Both the position numbers and the translations under genes were made by a program. Source: Octopus bimaculoides (lineage: Eukaryota). Taken from it: a DNA stretch of 37,617 bases. Under the pieces are notes generated by a model. That model saw only the letters and a program-made list of their open reading frames with translations, made no database searches and was not told the DNA's origin. Shown here piece after piece: positions 14,171-25,887 of this stretch (the stretch's first letter is position 1; each line of letters opens with the position of its first letter). The stretch is taken from the NCBI RefSeq assembly GCF_001194135.2, contig NC_068989.1, positions 59,082,349-59,119,965 of the forward strand. Reading direction: 5' to 3'.

Positions 14171-14375
14171 AACAATGTTTCTCAAAGGCAACATAATAAG
14201 CATCGAATACGCTGACGGCGTGTAGGCCTCACTAATTTTTTGACGAATTCATACCACTTGTGTGTCCCCTAAGGGAAGGTATATCCAAACTGAAAATGTT
14301 ATTATTGGTTCTTTAAGACAACTTAATCTGACTTGATTTCGAAACGCTTGTAGCAGAGTTAGCAAAACTAACATA

Positions 14376-14589
14376 TTGGTTCCAAATTTTGGCACAAGGC
14401 CAGCAATTTCGGGGGAGTGGGTAAGTCGATTACATCTACCTCAGTGCTCATCTAGTACTTATTTTATCGATCCTCAAAACAAAAAGCAAAGACAACCTCT
14501 GCGAGATTCCAGTTCAAATAGAAAGACGGACGAAATGCCGGTAAGCGTTTTGCTCGGCGTGCTAATGATTCTGCCAGGTCCCTGCTGCC
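14376..14589 (-). mobile_element. SINE B with degenerate 17-bp TSD
   Basis: Family B reverse complement. TTAGCAAAACTAACATA (14359-14375) versus TTAGTAAAAATGATATA (14590-14606), 13/17. Confidence 0.75.
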
Positions 14590-14784
14590 TTAGTAAAAAT
14601 GATATACTAAAACAAGTTTTGCTTGATTTCATGAAGTTTTCTCCATATGAGTTTCTTGATAACTTCTGTGTCTAATGGGGCCCCAAAGAATATGCTTTTC
14701 TGCGAAAGCACGAATGAATTTAAGTGTGGATATATCGACTTGATCATACATGTCGTGTGTTAAGTTATCCTGTTAATGTTCTGT

Positions 14785-15155
14785 GTGGAGGCGCAATAGC
14801 CCAGTGGTTAGGGCAGCAGACTCGCGGTCATAGGATCGCGGTTCCGATTCTCAAACTGGGGACGTTGTCAGTGTTTATTGAGCGAAAACACCTAAAGCTC
14901 CACGAGGCTCCGGCAGGGGATGGTGGCGAACCCTGCTGTACTCTTTCACCACAACTTTCTCTTACTTCCTGTTTCTGTTGTGACTGTAATTCAAAGGGTC
15001 AGCCGTGTCACGCTGAATACCCCTGAGAACTACGTTGAGGGTACACGTGTCTGTGGAGTGCTCAGCCACTTGCACGTTAATTTCATGAGCAGGCTGTTCC
15101 GTTGATAGGATCAACTGGAACCCTCGACGTCGTAAGCGACGGAATGCCAACAACA
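14785..15155 (+). mobile_element. SINE family C (tRNA-like head, tail type 1, (AAC) end)
   Basis: GTGGAGGCGCAATAGCCCAGTGGTTAG..GGTTCCGATTC (A/B-box-like)..GAGCGAAAACACCTAAAGCTCCACG; head shared with 28113. Confidence 0.8.
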
Positions 15156-15398
15156 GTCATCTGTGGGTTGTTGTCGAGTGTTTAGAATTTTATTGTTTTT
15201 GCTTAAAAGTATGGTCCAAGTGTTTCTTCTATGTTGATCAAGATACAACAAAGATACACGAGTGGAAAATCTCGAGATTTTCAACTGCTTTAAGTTAACG
15301 AAATATGAGGAGGAACTTTTCCATGTATTTTTGTGACAACGGGGCAGGAAGTTCAGATCTGATTGCATACTGCATAATTTTTTTTCTTTTTTACTTTA

Positions 15399-15546
15399 GG
15401 CATAAGGGGAGGGGATAGTTAGTCCATTACATCAACTCCAGTGCTTGGCTGGTACTTATTTAATTGACCCTGAAAGGACGAAAGGCAAAGTCGACTTCGG
15501 CGGAAATTGAACTCAGCACTTAAAGACGGACGAAATGCCGCTAAGG
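15399..15546 (-). mobile_element. SINE B fragment
   Basis: CTGGTACTTATTT..GAAAGGACGAAAGGCAAAGTCGACTTCGGCGGAAATTGAACTCAG..GACGAAATGCCGCTAAG. Confidence 0.75.
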
Positions 15547-15785
15547 AAATACTGGTTTAATACCTAGTATTTTGTGGGGAGGTTAGTATCCATAAAATAA
15601 TAGGTTTATATATAAGCCATGGTTTATAATCATGCAAATGAAGAATAGGAAACTGTAGATATTTAAATTAATAACAGTTTATTATCAGTAAAAAATCTAT
15701 AAGGGATAATGATTGACCTTTTGCTGCTAATAAATATAAATATCTTAAATATCTTAACTTAAATATCTCCATTTTCTTATTCTTC

Positions 15786-15815
<30 letters not shown>

Positions 15816-15821
<6 letters not shown>

Positions 15822-15990
15822 TCTTTATTTTCCTTCTTTCTCTTTGTTTCTGTCTGTATTCCTTTCTGTGGAAGAGCGTAGGCTCGAAACGTAAAAGACT
15901 TTTCACTTCCCGAGCATTAAACTAATACAACTGTTTGTTGTCAAGACCACCACTCTTCGTCTTTTGTAGTTTTTGTGAATCCCCCCCCCC
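15816..15990 (+). mobile_element. Short (TA)n-flanked repeat carrying a hammerhead-like motif; probable Penelope-like terminal repeat (family 1)
   Basis: The 3' part ATTAAACTAATAC..TTGTTGT..TCTTCGTCTTTT recurs inverted at 28650-28715; (TA)n on both sides. PLE assignment is inferred from the hammerhead. Confidence 0.5.
15862..15897 (+). ncRNA. Minimal type-I hammerhead-ribozyme-like motif (variant core)
   Basis: CTTT-CTGTGGA-A-GAGC(GTAG)GCTC-GAAA-C-GTA-AAAG: 4-bp helix I, 4-bp helix II, palindromic ACGT helix III, GUA triplet. The core differs from CUGANGA (A6>U, extra A). Confidence 0.55.
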
Positions 15991-16784
15991 ATATATATAT
16001 ATATATATATATNNNNNNNNNNNNNNNNNNNNNNNNNNNNNNNNNNNNNNNNNNNNNNNNNNNNNNNNNNNNNNNNNNNNNNNNNNNNNNNNNNNNNNNN
16101 NNNNNNNNNNNNNNNNNNNNNNNNNNNNNNNNNNNNNNNNNNNNNNNNNNNNNNNNNNNNNNNNNNNNNNNNNNNNNNNNNNNNNNNNNNNNNNNNNNNN
16201 NNNNNNNNNNNNNNNNNNNNNNNNNNNNNNNNNNNNNNNNNNNNNNNNNNNNNNNNNNNNNNNNNNNNNNNNNNNNNNNNNNNNNNNNNNNNNNNNNNNN
16301 NNNNNNNNNNNNNNNNNNNNNNNNNNNNNNNNNNNNNNNNNNNNNNNNNNNNNNNNNNNNNNNNNNNNNNNNNNNNNNNNNNNNNNNNNNNNNNNNNNNN
16401 NNNNNNNNNNNNNNNNNNNNNNNNNNNNNNNNNNNNNNNNNNNNNNNNNNNNNNNNNNNNNNNNNNNNNNNNNNNNNNNNNNNNNNNNNNNNNNNNNNNN
16501 NNNNNNNNNNNNNNNNNNNNNNNNNNNNNNNNNNNNNNNNNNNNNNNNNNNNNNNNNNNNNNNNNNNNNNNNNNNNNNNNNNNNNNNNNNNNNNNNNNNN
16601 NNNNNNNNNNNNNNNNNNNNNNNNNNNNNNNNNNNNNNNNNNNNNNNNNNNNNNNNNNNNNNNNNNNNNNNNNNNNNNNNNNNNNNNNNNNNNNNNNNNN
16701 NNNNNNNNNNNNNNNNNNNNNNNNNNNNNNNNNNNNNNNNNNNNNNNNNNNNNNNNNNNNNNNNNNNNNNNNNNNNNNNNNNNN

Positions 16785-16834
<50 letters not shown>

Positions 16835-17049
16835 TGTGTGTGTGTGTGTGTGTCTGTGTGTGTGTGTGCGTGTGTATGTATATATATATATATATATATA
16901 CCTACATATATATATCTGCATATCATTCATCAACATATATATAAATATATATATAATATGTACTATATATCATGTGTATAATATATATTATATATTCATT
17001 TATACATCCACATAGATATATATTTCTATATAATATTTACACATATAGG

Positions 17050-17445
17050 GGCAGGGCTGCCTCTGTGGTAAGAAGTTTACTTCCGCGTTTAATCCTACTG
17101 CGTCTGCTACTGTAACCTTGGGCCAAAGCCTTGTGAGTGGATTCCGTAGATGGAAACCGAAAGAAGCCCGTCCTATATGTAAATGTATGTATGCATGTGT
17201 GTGCCTGCGCGCGCGATGTGCATGTGTGTGTGTCTGTGTGTATGTCTTTGGATCTGTCTTTCTTTCCCCTTCCACCGGTTGACAACCAATGCTACTGTAT
17301 TTACGTTCCCGTAACCTAGCGATCCGGCAAAAAGAAGCGATAGAATACTTTTTAAAAAATCAGTGCCGTGATCGATTCATTCGACTAGAAAAATATTTTT
17401 TAACGCATGGCCTGAGTCTCGAGACTGAAAGAAATAAAAGATAAA
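17050..17445 (+). mobile_element. Diverged full SINE A with internal microsatellite
   Basis: Head ..CCAAAGCCTTGTGAGTGGATT..GAAAGAAGCCCGTC, about 80 bp of TA/TG repeats, body GTTGACAACC..CCCGTAACCTAGCG, tail GCATGGCC..GACTGAAAGAAATAAAAG. Confidence 0.7.
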
Positions 17446-17460
17446 CGGTTACATATATAC

Positions 17461-17503
<43 letters not shown>

Positions 17504-18037
17504 NNNNNNNNNNNNNNNNNNNNNNNNNNNNNNNNNNNNNNNNNNNNNNNNNNNNNNNNNNNNNNNNNNNNNNNNNNNNNNNNNNNNNNNNNNNNNNNNN
17601 NNNNNNNNNNNNNNNNNNNNNNNNNNNNNNNNNNNNNNNNNNNNNNNNNNNNNNNNNNNNNNNNNNNNNNNNNNNNNNNNNNNNNNNNNNNNNNNNNNNN
17701 NNNNNNNNNNNNNNNNNNNNNNNNNNNNNNNNNNNNNNNNNNNNNNNNNNNNNNNNNNNNNNNNNNNNNNNNNNNNNNNNNNNNNNNNNNNNNNNNNNNN
17801 NNNNNNNNNNNNNNNNNNNNNNNNNNNNNNNNNNNNNNNNNNNNNNNNNNNNNNNNNNNNNNNNNNNNNNNNNNNNNNNNNNNNNNNNNNNNNNNNNNNN
17901 NNNNNNNNNNNNNNNNNNNNNNNNNNNNNNNNNNNNNNNNNNNNNNNNNNNNNNNNNNNNNNNNNNNNNNNNNNNNNNNNNNNNNNNNNNNNNNNNNNNN
18001 NNNNNNNNNNNNNNNNNNNNNNNNNNNNNNNNNNNNN

Positions 18038-18068
<31 letters not shown>

Positions 18069-18270
18069 CATACACACACACACACACGTGTCTGTTTGTT
18101 TGTCTATTTGCTTATCTGTTCATCTCCGTATCTGTTTTTCAGTAACTATATCATGATTCTATCTGTGATTCTATATTAGAGAACAATCAATGCTGCTGAT
18201 TACGACGTTATACGGCCATCGAAGAAAACAGAGAGGCAGGGAGATGGATAATGAGAGGGGGAGAACGAAA

Positions 18271-18348
18271 CCCGCCCACGTGGCTAGCGACACGTGTGAC
18301 CCTACTCCCGAGCGTATCCCAACAGCTCCAGGGTCGTTCAGTCACGTG
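18271..18348. promoter_or_regulatory. Cluster of three CACGTG E-boxes with an adjacent GC-box-like CCCGCCC
   Basis: CACGTG at 18277-18282, 18291-18296 and 18343-18348; CCCGCCC at 18271-18277. The patch is locally GC/CpG-rich and lies about 700 bp upstream of the ATG. Confidence 0.5.
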
Positions 18349-18486
18349 GACGTCCTTCACATTATTTACTCTTCCGTTTCTTGGGAGGAAAAATTCTTTT
18401 TCGGAAGGGACACAGCGGTCGAATACTAGACACCCGGTGTGAAATAGGAAATCCAAAATATCTGGAACCACAGAAGTAAAAAAAAT

Positions 18487-18558
18487 GAAGAAGAAGAAGA
18501 AGAAGAAGAAGAAGAAGAAGAAGAAGAAGAAGAAGAAGAAGAAGAAGAAGAAGAAGAA
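18487..18558. repeat. (GAA)24 microsatellite
   Basis: 24 uninterrupted GAA units. Confidence 0.95.
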
Positions 18559-18623
18559 AAGGAAGAAAAGGAAGGAAAGAGGTGGGAGAACAAGTGAATG
18601 GAGCAGCAGCACTGAGATTTCTC

Positions 18624-18631
18624 TATAAATA
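18624..18631 (+). promoter_or_regulatory. TATA-like box
   Basis: TATAAATA about 430 bp upstream of ATG 19056 and downstream of the E-box cluster; TSS unknown. Confidence 0.3.
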
Positions 18632-19055
18632 TCAACGGATTAGTGATTCACAAAATTTATTGAAGTCGATCATACAGCAGACATTGTCAATCTCTCCTCG
18701 CATAACTTCTTAATTCTTTTAGCTATCAGATTAAATTTTTTTCCACAGATCTCTATCTAATGCCATTTTCTACCCTTGATAATTGTTAATTTCGTATTTA
18801 TTAAAATTTAAAGCCTTGAGGAAAAAAACATTATTCTAGCAGAAAACAATTTATTCCAAACAAACTTTAAGTAATGTTTTTGTTTTTAAATTAGTTCAGT
18901 GATTAATTTCAACAACCTTCGCCGCAAAATTTTCCTTTTAGTAAATTCTCCGCTGGAAACATCTGTAAAAGGCTGCATATTAAAAGTTTCTTTATCAGCT
19001 GATCGTTAACTTGATACCAAAATGTACTTACATTGAGAAAAAAGTCAGTAAAGCT

Positions 19056-21045
19056 ATGACATCGACTGTCATGCCACCTTTGGGTGCTGTTTTTACTTCA
19101 TTTCAATTTAGCCGCGAACTTTGGCAAGAAAGTAACTCTATAGTAGATGTTTATGGATCAGAGTTCGAATATGATGCAAGAAAATTCTCCTCCGATATTC
19201 AGTTACCCGAAGAAGAAGCGAGTAGCAGCAGTAGCGGGAATGTAGGGATGGACGATGAAATCACAGAAATTCTTTGCATAGATACTGGTAGAGATACTGT
19301 TGACAATGATGGCTGCAGTTACAGCAACGACCCCCGCCCATCACAACGGCGGCAGTGGTGCAGACGGCTGCAGCGACAGCAGCGAACTAGTCGAAAGCCT
19401 TATTTCTTTATATCACGCAACTATGTCTGCGACCAGCGACAGAACCCGCGTGCAGACAGAGATGAAGTGGATAGAGAGTGTCAGCACAAAACAGAACAGC
19501 AAAGCCTCCACCTGCATCCACACCAACATGATGAGAGCGAGAAATTGGAGGCATCAGTATATTTGCATGTGGAGCTAAATCAACCCCAGAGGTACCAGCA
19601 ACGAGACAACGGCCCTGAATGTGTTCATCAAGATCTTTCACATTGTTCTTCCCATAATGTAAACGGCCTACGACGACAGCGATACCAACAACAGCATCAA
19701 CACCTCCACCAACAATTGCAGCATAATCAAAAACATCAGCAACAACAACCATTGCAGCAAGAGAATACAGACAGAACTGACAATTGCAACCATACGGCTT
19801 ACCATAGTGAGGTCTGCCATAACGAAAGTGATAATCTTAATTATCCTAAAGAATTAAACCAACATCAAGATCTGCATCAAGAACAACAAAACGAACTTTC
19901 TCCATGGCACTCTCAATATTTGGACAGTGAACTCAGTCAGGATACAAAAAGCACTGATATTGTAGAAAATATTTTAACAGCCAGTATCATTTCGGATTAC
20001 ACCAGTTTGCTGTTAGAATCGCCAGAGTGTAGACTGCAACCTTCAAAGCAAAAATACCTCGTAAAGGCAGTTGATAAAAATAAGAATTCAAATAAAGAAG
20101 CGAAGAAGAAGAAAAAGAAGAAAGAAGAGGAAGTGGAAGGAGGTAATTTCTTTCTGTCGAATTCTTACTGTAATCTAGAGTTATCACAAAACAGGTTTAG
20201 CCCTTGTCCTTCTAACATAGAAGTGGCGAAAGAGGAACTGCCTACAGATGATTATATGTACCCAACTACTAACTTCAAAGAAGGAATAAAAGAGCAAGTG
20301 AACTCGTACAGTAACCAAACAATCTCAAACGAAAACAGCAACCAGGATTCAACTCACCAATACCATTACTATCTTCATCATTGTTCATCTCGCGAGCACT
20401 GCAACCAAGAATCACCGCTAACGCCATCTGTTACATCGTCTAATCTTTCTGCATCCTTCCATCTTCACCCTAACCACCAATCACATCTCAAACTAGATTG
20501 TGAGAGAGAGGAACAGGCAGTAGTGAATGCAACCCAAAGTGGTCACTTCCATTCTTCTCATCTGCAAAGCTGCAGCAACAGCCGTACACATATGTGTGCA
20601 GGGGGTGTTTATTGTCAATCAGAAGGGGTAAGTGTTAGCTCTGGAGCAGAAGGACGAGGAGTAAGAGTAGGAGGAATAGGACTTAGCGGAGTGGGCTGTG
20701 CATCCATGTCTGAGATAGGGGGCGGCGTTAGTTGTGAAGAGACGAGCTCTAGAAAGCGCCGTTGCCTCACCCCGAACCCATATCAAATACAGAGGCATGC
20801 AGCTAACATCAGAGAGAGGAAAAGAATGTTGAGTATCAACTCTGCCTTTGAAGAACTCCGTTGTCATGTTCCGACATTCCCGTACGAGAAACGGCTTTCC
20901 AAGATTGACACTTTACGTTTGGCTATTGCTTATATTGCCCTGCTCAGGGAAATTCTTATGTCAGGGGCCGATCCCCTTGAATATGTTGAAAACTCGCTCC
21001 GACAGGGAACTGGCAGCAAGATGAAAGCTGTATGGAACACAAGTG
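19056..21045 (+). CDS. Fer2: Coding exon 1 of a Fer2 (48-related-2)/PTFb-family bHLH transcription factor; 3'-incomplete in this window
   Basis: Stop-free ORF 19011-21125, first in-frame ATG at 19056. It contains [56 protein letters not shown] followed by DPLEYVE..L..G..K..WNTS, matching my recollection of Fer2 ([23 protein letters not shown]; D/E-P-L-x-YVE; WNTSD). It ends at a G|GTATGT donor (phase 1), after which the sequence turns AT-rich and intron-like. Confidence 0.85.
20790..20957 (+). other. bHLH domain coding segment (about codons 579-634 counting from ATG 19056)
   Basis: Basic region [10 protein letters not shown], helix 1 [14 protein letters not shown], loop TFPYEKRLS, helix 2 [15 protein letters not shown]. 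Confidence 0.97.
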
Positions 21046-21051
21046 GTATGT
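21046..21051 (+). promoter_or_regulatory. 5' splice donor (GTATGT) ending exon 1
   Basis: AGT G|GTATGT sits exactly where the conserved WNTS-D junction would be interrupted; the downstream ORF tail is hydrophobic and AT-rich. Confidence 0.75.
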
Positions 21052-21560
21052 ATACTCTTTTGCTTATATACTCTGATTACTTTATTGTAAATTTTCATAA
21101 ATATATAGACCAATCTGAATATTAGATATATATGTATTGTAGCAAAATTAAATATATACACTGTAGCAACTTGAAATACAAACACTAATATATACCACTA
21201 TTAAATACATACACTCTCTCAAGCGTAAATATATATATTCTTTCAAACTTATATGAATACCAAACCAACACAAAATGTATACTGTATTATATATCAATGT
21301 AAGATGTTTGCAATCTACCAACATTAGCTCTACCATTTCTGTACTTAGAACATTACAACATCGTACACTCTTTAACAATATCAATAATATTTGAGATACA
21401 CGGATAAATATTGTATAGTCCTGTAAAAGATATTTATAATATTAGTTTTTGTTATTATATTGATAACAAAACATGTTGGATTTTATAACAAAATAGGAAA
21501 GTATTTCTAATTTCATGCATAGTGAGGTATGTATCTGTATGAACATATAGATACACAAAC

Positions 21561-21724
21561 ACATACATACATACATACATACATACATACATACATACAT
21601 AATACATAAATGCATACATACATATATACATACATACATACGTACATACATACATAAATACATACATACATACATACATATATATACATACATAAATACA
21701 TACATACATACATACATACATACA

Positions 21725-21752
<28 letters not shown>
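21561..21752. repeat. (CATA)n array
   Basis: About 190 bp of imperfect CATA repeat. Confidence 0.95.
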
Positions 21753-21756
<4 letters not shown>

Positions 21757-21878
21757 CACGTGTTATTAATAATTTTTAATTTAAGAGAATCTTTCTTCAA
21801 ATCTTGTGACTGCATCAAACATTTATTTCAAAAAAACTTTATGTATATGCGTGAGTGTGTGTGTCTATGTGCTTGCGT

Positions 21879-22018
21879 GTATGTATGCATGTATGTATGT
21901 ATGTATGTATGTATGTATGCATGCCTGTATGTATGTATGCATGTATGTGTGTATGTATGTATGTATGTATGTATGTATGTATGTATGTATGTATGCATGT
22001 ATGTATGCATGTATGTAT
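21879..22018. repeat. (TATG)n array (reverse complement of the preceding array)
   Basis: About 140 bp of imperfect TATG repeat. Confidence 0.95.
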
Positions 22019-22090
22019 ATATATTTGTACGATCAAACAGACTCGAAAGAGCTTGCTATTGGCCTACGTCGGCAAGACTTCTATCATTTA

Positions 22091-22121
<31 letters not shown>

Positions 22122-22309
22122 GATATGTGGTGCAGTTACTTAATCATCAGAATATGATTTAGCGACATAGACGTGTCTTGGGACGAAAAGTATTTTGTGG
22201 GACTCATTGGGTGTTTTATGCAACATATTGGCTGTCATGTCTAGAACTCTGAATTATTTCTTAGAAGTAGGACTCATCTATCTCATTTTCATTCTCTGTC
22301 TGCCAGTCT

Positions 22310-22312
22310 GTT

Positions 22313-22347
<35 letters not shown>

Positions 22348-22352
22348 CTCTG

Positions 22353-22435
<83 letters not shown>
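22310..22435. repeat. (CTGT)n-(CT)n compound microsatellite
   Basis: Direct reading. Confidence 0.9.
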
Positions 22436-22436
<1 letters not shown>

Positions 22437-23557
22437 ATTCTCATTCTCTTTCTTTTTCCTGATACTTCCCACTTACTTTTATATCATGCAAGGTGTTTAA
22501 TACAGTAGTCCTACATTTCTATAAATCAGCTACTTTATTACCTGTTAATGAAGTAACGTTTTTCATTTTTCCAGTCTACGTTCCCGTTTCAAATCATCCA
22601 GTAGTTATTATCACGTTTTGTCCCATAATAGTGAATTAATTCTGTCTATATGTCGGAGTCAACCGTGTCACTTACTTGGCGCATCAGTTATAGATGAGTA
22701 GTTTTGTGCTCGTGTAAGAAACTGTTGATGTTACATCTGAAATGAGTTCTATGTGGGATAAAGATTGCAATAGTACGAACATAAAGAATAAGTTCATGCG
22801 ATATAACATCAAATACTTCTTTAAGTAGAATTAGAACTCCCACTTATACTTGTCATTCTGCTCTGCATACCAAAACCTACCTCTTTACAAAATATTCATA
22901 CAAAATATGCGCAGGAATAAAGTGTATGGGAATATGTTATATGCATATGTATATATATACATACATACATATACGTGCACATACACACATATATACAGAT
23001 ACATTCATACATACATACTCTCAAAAGCATGCATACGAATGTTTTTCAACACAAATTGAATTAAATGATATTATTGGAATTATCCGAGTATTTTGTGGTT
23101 TACAATTTTTAAACAGAACCTTTGGGAGGTTTTATCTGCTAGTTGCTTGCAAAATCGCACTTAATCAAAGTTTTTCACTTCAACATATAATATATCTTAA
23201 ATATTTACATACTTGTATACTGTATGAGAAACAAAAGCACTTCTCAGAGGTATTTTTCCTCAACCATAATATGTCAATATACATACATATACATATATGC
23301 ATGTACACACATACACACACACACACGCACACATACACACACGGATACACACACACTCATATAAATACATATACACATATACATATATACACCCACCCAC
23401 ATACATATATATATATATACATATAGATATACATATACATATATACACACACACACAAACACACACATATATATATACATATATGTATATATATGTGTGT
23501 ATGCATGCATTTATGCATGCATTTGTATAAACAAGCGTGCCTTTTGCACCAAAAGCC

Positions 23558-23596
<39 letters not shown>

Positions 23597-23890
23597 NNNN
23601 NNNNNNNNNNNNNNNNNNNNNNNNNNNNNNNNNNNNNNNNNNNNNNNNNNNNNNNNNNNNNNNNNNNNNNNNNNNNNNNNNNNNNNNNNNNNNNNNNNNN
23701 NNNNNNNNNNNNNNNNNNNNNNNNNNNNNNNNNNNNNNNNNNNNNNNNNNNNNNNNNNNNNNNNNNNNNNNNNNNNNNNNNNNNNNNNNNNNNNNNNNNN
23801 NNNNNNNNNNNNNNNNNNNNNNNNNNNNNNNNNNNNNNNNNNNNNNNNNNNNNNNNNNNNNNNNNNNNATATATATAAACATATATATAC

Positions 23891-23921
<31 letters not shown>

Positions 23922-24349
23922 AACATATATATGTATATATATGTATGTGCATATATGTATGTACGTTTGTATGTACGCATGTATGTATGCATACGTGTAT
24001 TCAGGCGTGCTTTTTGCACCAAAAGCCACCATGAGAGTTTCTCTCATGGTATCTACCTCAGTAAAGTTTGTTGTAACAGAACATCGATGTTTAACTGCGG
24101 ATAAATATTACTTTTCGACAAACATGCAAACATACATATGTGTGTGTCTGTGTGCCTGTGTGCATGTATGTATGTGTGTATATATCTGTATATATATGCA
24201 TGTATGTGTATATATTGACTTTGAAACAATTTTAAGGGTAACAACATACATTTACAGTTTGGGGCTTCAATACTAATTCTAGTGTCAATTAGTCACTTAA
24301 TCGTAATAAATATCAGCCACATGACGGCCTAGTAACTTATTATAGTATG

Positions 24350-24390
<41 letters not shown>

Positions 24391-25418
24391 NNNNNNNNNN
24401 NNNNNNNNNNNNNNNNNNNNNNNNNNNNNNNNNNNNNNNNNNNNNNNNNNNNNNNNNNNNNNNNNNNNNNNNNNNNNNNNNNNNNNNNNNNNNNNNNNNN
24501 NNNNNNNNNNNNNNNNNNNNNNNNNNNNNNNNNNNNNNNNNNNNNNNNNNNNNNNNNNNNNNNNNNNNNNNNNNNNNNNNNNNNNNNNNNNNNNNNNNNN
24601 NNNNNNNNNNNNNNNNNNNNNNNNNNNNNNNNNNNNNNNNNNNNNNNNNNNNNNNNNNNNNNNNNNNNNNNNNNNNNNNNNNNNNNNNNNNNNNNNNNNN
24701 NNNNNNNNNNNNNNNNNNNNNNNNNNNNNNNNNNNNNNNNNNNNNNNNNNNNNNNNNNNNNNNNNNNNNNNNNNNNNNNNNNNNNNNNNNNNNNNNNNNN
24801 NNNNNNNNNNNNNNNNNNNNNNNNNNNNNNNNNNNNNNNNNNNNNNNNNNNNNNNNNNNNNNNNNNNNNNNNNNNNNNNNNNNNNNNNNNNNNNNNNNNN
24901 NNNNNNNNNNNNNNNNNNNNNNNNNNNNNNNNNNNNNNNNNNNNNNNNNNNNNNNNNNNNNNNNNNNNNNNNNNNNNNNNNNNNNNNNNNNNNNNNNNNN
25001 NNNNNNNNNNNNNATATATATATATATACATACATATATATTAACTATGTGTGTATAAATGTAAAAAGCATATTTTTCTTATTAAAAGCGTCAAAGTGTG
25101 TATTGTACAATGCAAATAAGATGATAATTTTTCGAACGCAGAGTTGTCGTTAGAACACTAAAAATTCTAGGTAAATCACCTTTACAAGGCGGAAATTTTT
25201 TTCATCAACTAATGGGTTACCTTGCTGGTAAAGCACTTAGGTGGAGTCTTTAAAGTATATGGGTTCGCGTCTCATGGCTAATAGCTGACAAATTTTTCCA
25301 CCTTGTAAGAGTAATTTACTCAATATTTCTGCTGTTCTAACGGCAACTCTGCGTTCGAAAAAAATATCATCTTATTTGTATGATACAATATATATAAGAA
25401 AGCATCTTATTTTGTTCA

Positions 25419-25795
25419 TCATGCTTTAAATCTTAAGAAGGTCTTGCAGATTTTTATTGTCCATGATACCGTGATCATTTGTACTGTATGAATTATAGAT
25501 TTGAATTCTCTCTCCAAGATACCAAGTTCCTCCATATTTTCCTCCAGACGGATTAGTAGGTATCCTGTTGCTCCAACAATAACAGGTATGAAGCTGAAAG
25601 TGTATCTTGGGTACTGGATTTGATTTGCAAACTCCTTATTAATGCTTCATAGATGACCTCTGTCTGTTGTACTTTCCGAACCGCATTAGTGTCTAGAGGG
25701 CAGCTAATTGCCGCAACAGAACATATCTCCTTATTATGATCCCATACAACAATAGTTTGTCGGTTGTGTTTTAACTTGGTATTCTTCGTCTATAG
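25419..25795 (-). mobile_element. 5'-truncated R4/Dong-like LINE (RLE endonuclease C-terminus), decayed
   Basis: TKLKHNRQTIVVWDHNKEICSVAAISCPLDTN..Y.ALIRSLQI(fs)QYPRYTFSFIPVIVGATGY..LEELG..IKICKTFLRFKA*; homologous to 31706-32100. Confidence 0.75.
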
Positions 25796-25837
25796 TTATA
25801 TATATGTATGTATGTATTATGAATGTGCATGTATATG

Positions 25838-25887
<50 letters not shown>

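Noticed and set aside
19011-19055. TTG start of the ORF track
   Set aside because: Eukaryotic context; the first in-frame ATG is at 19056.
19300-19752. Alternative-frame and antisense ORFs inside the Fer2 exon
   Set aside because: Expected by-products of a coding, CAR-rich region; no independent signal.
21046-21125. Read-through C-terminus [26 protein letters not shown] of the 704-aa ORF
   Set aside because: It begins at a consensus donor and is AT-rich; most likely intron.
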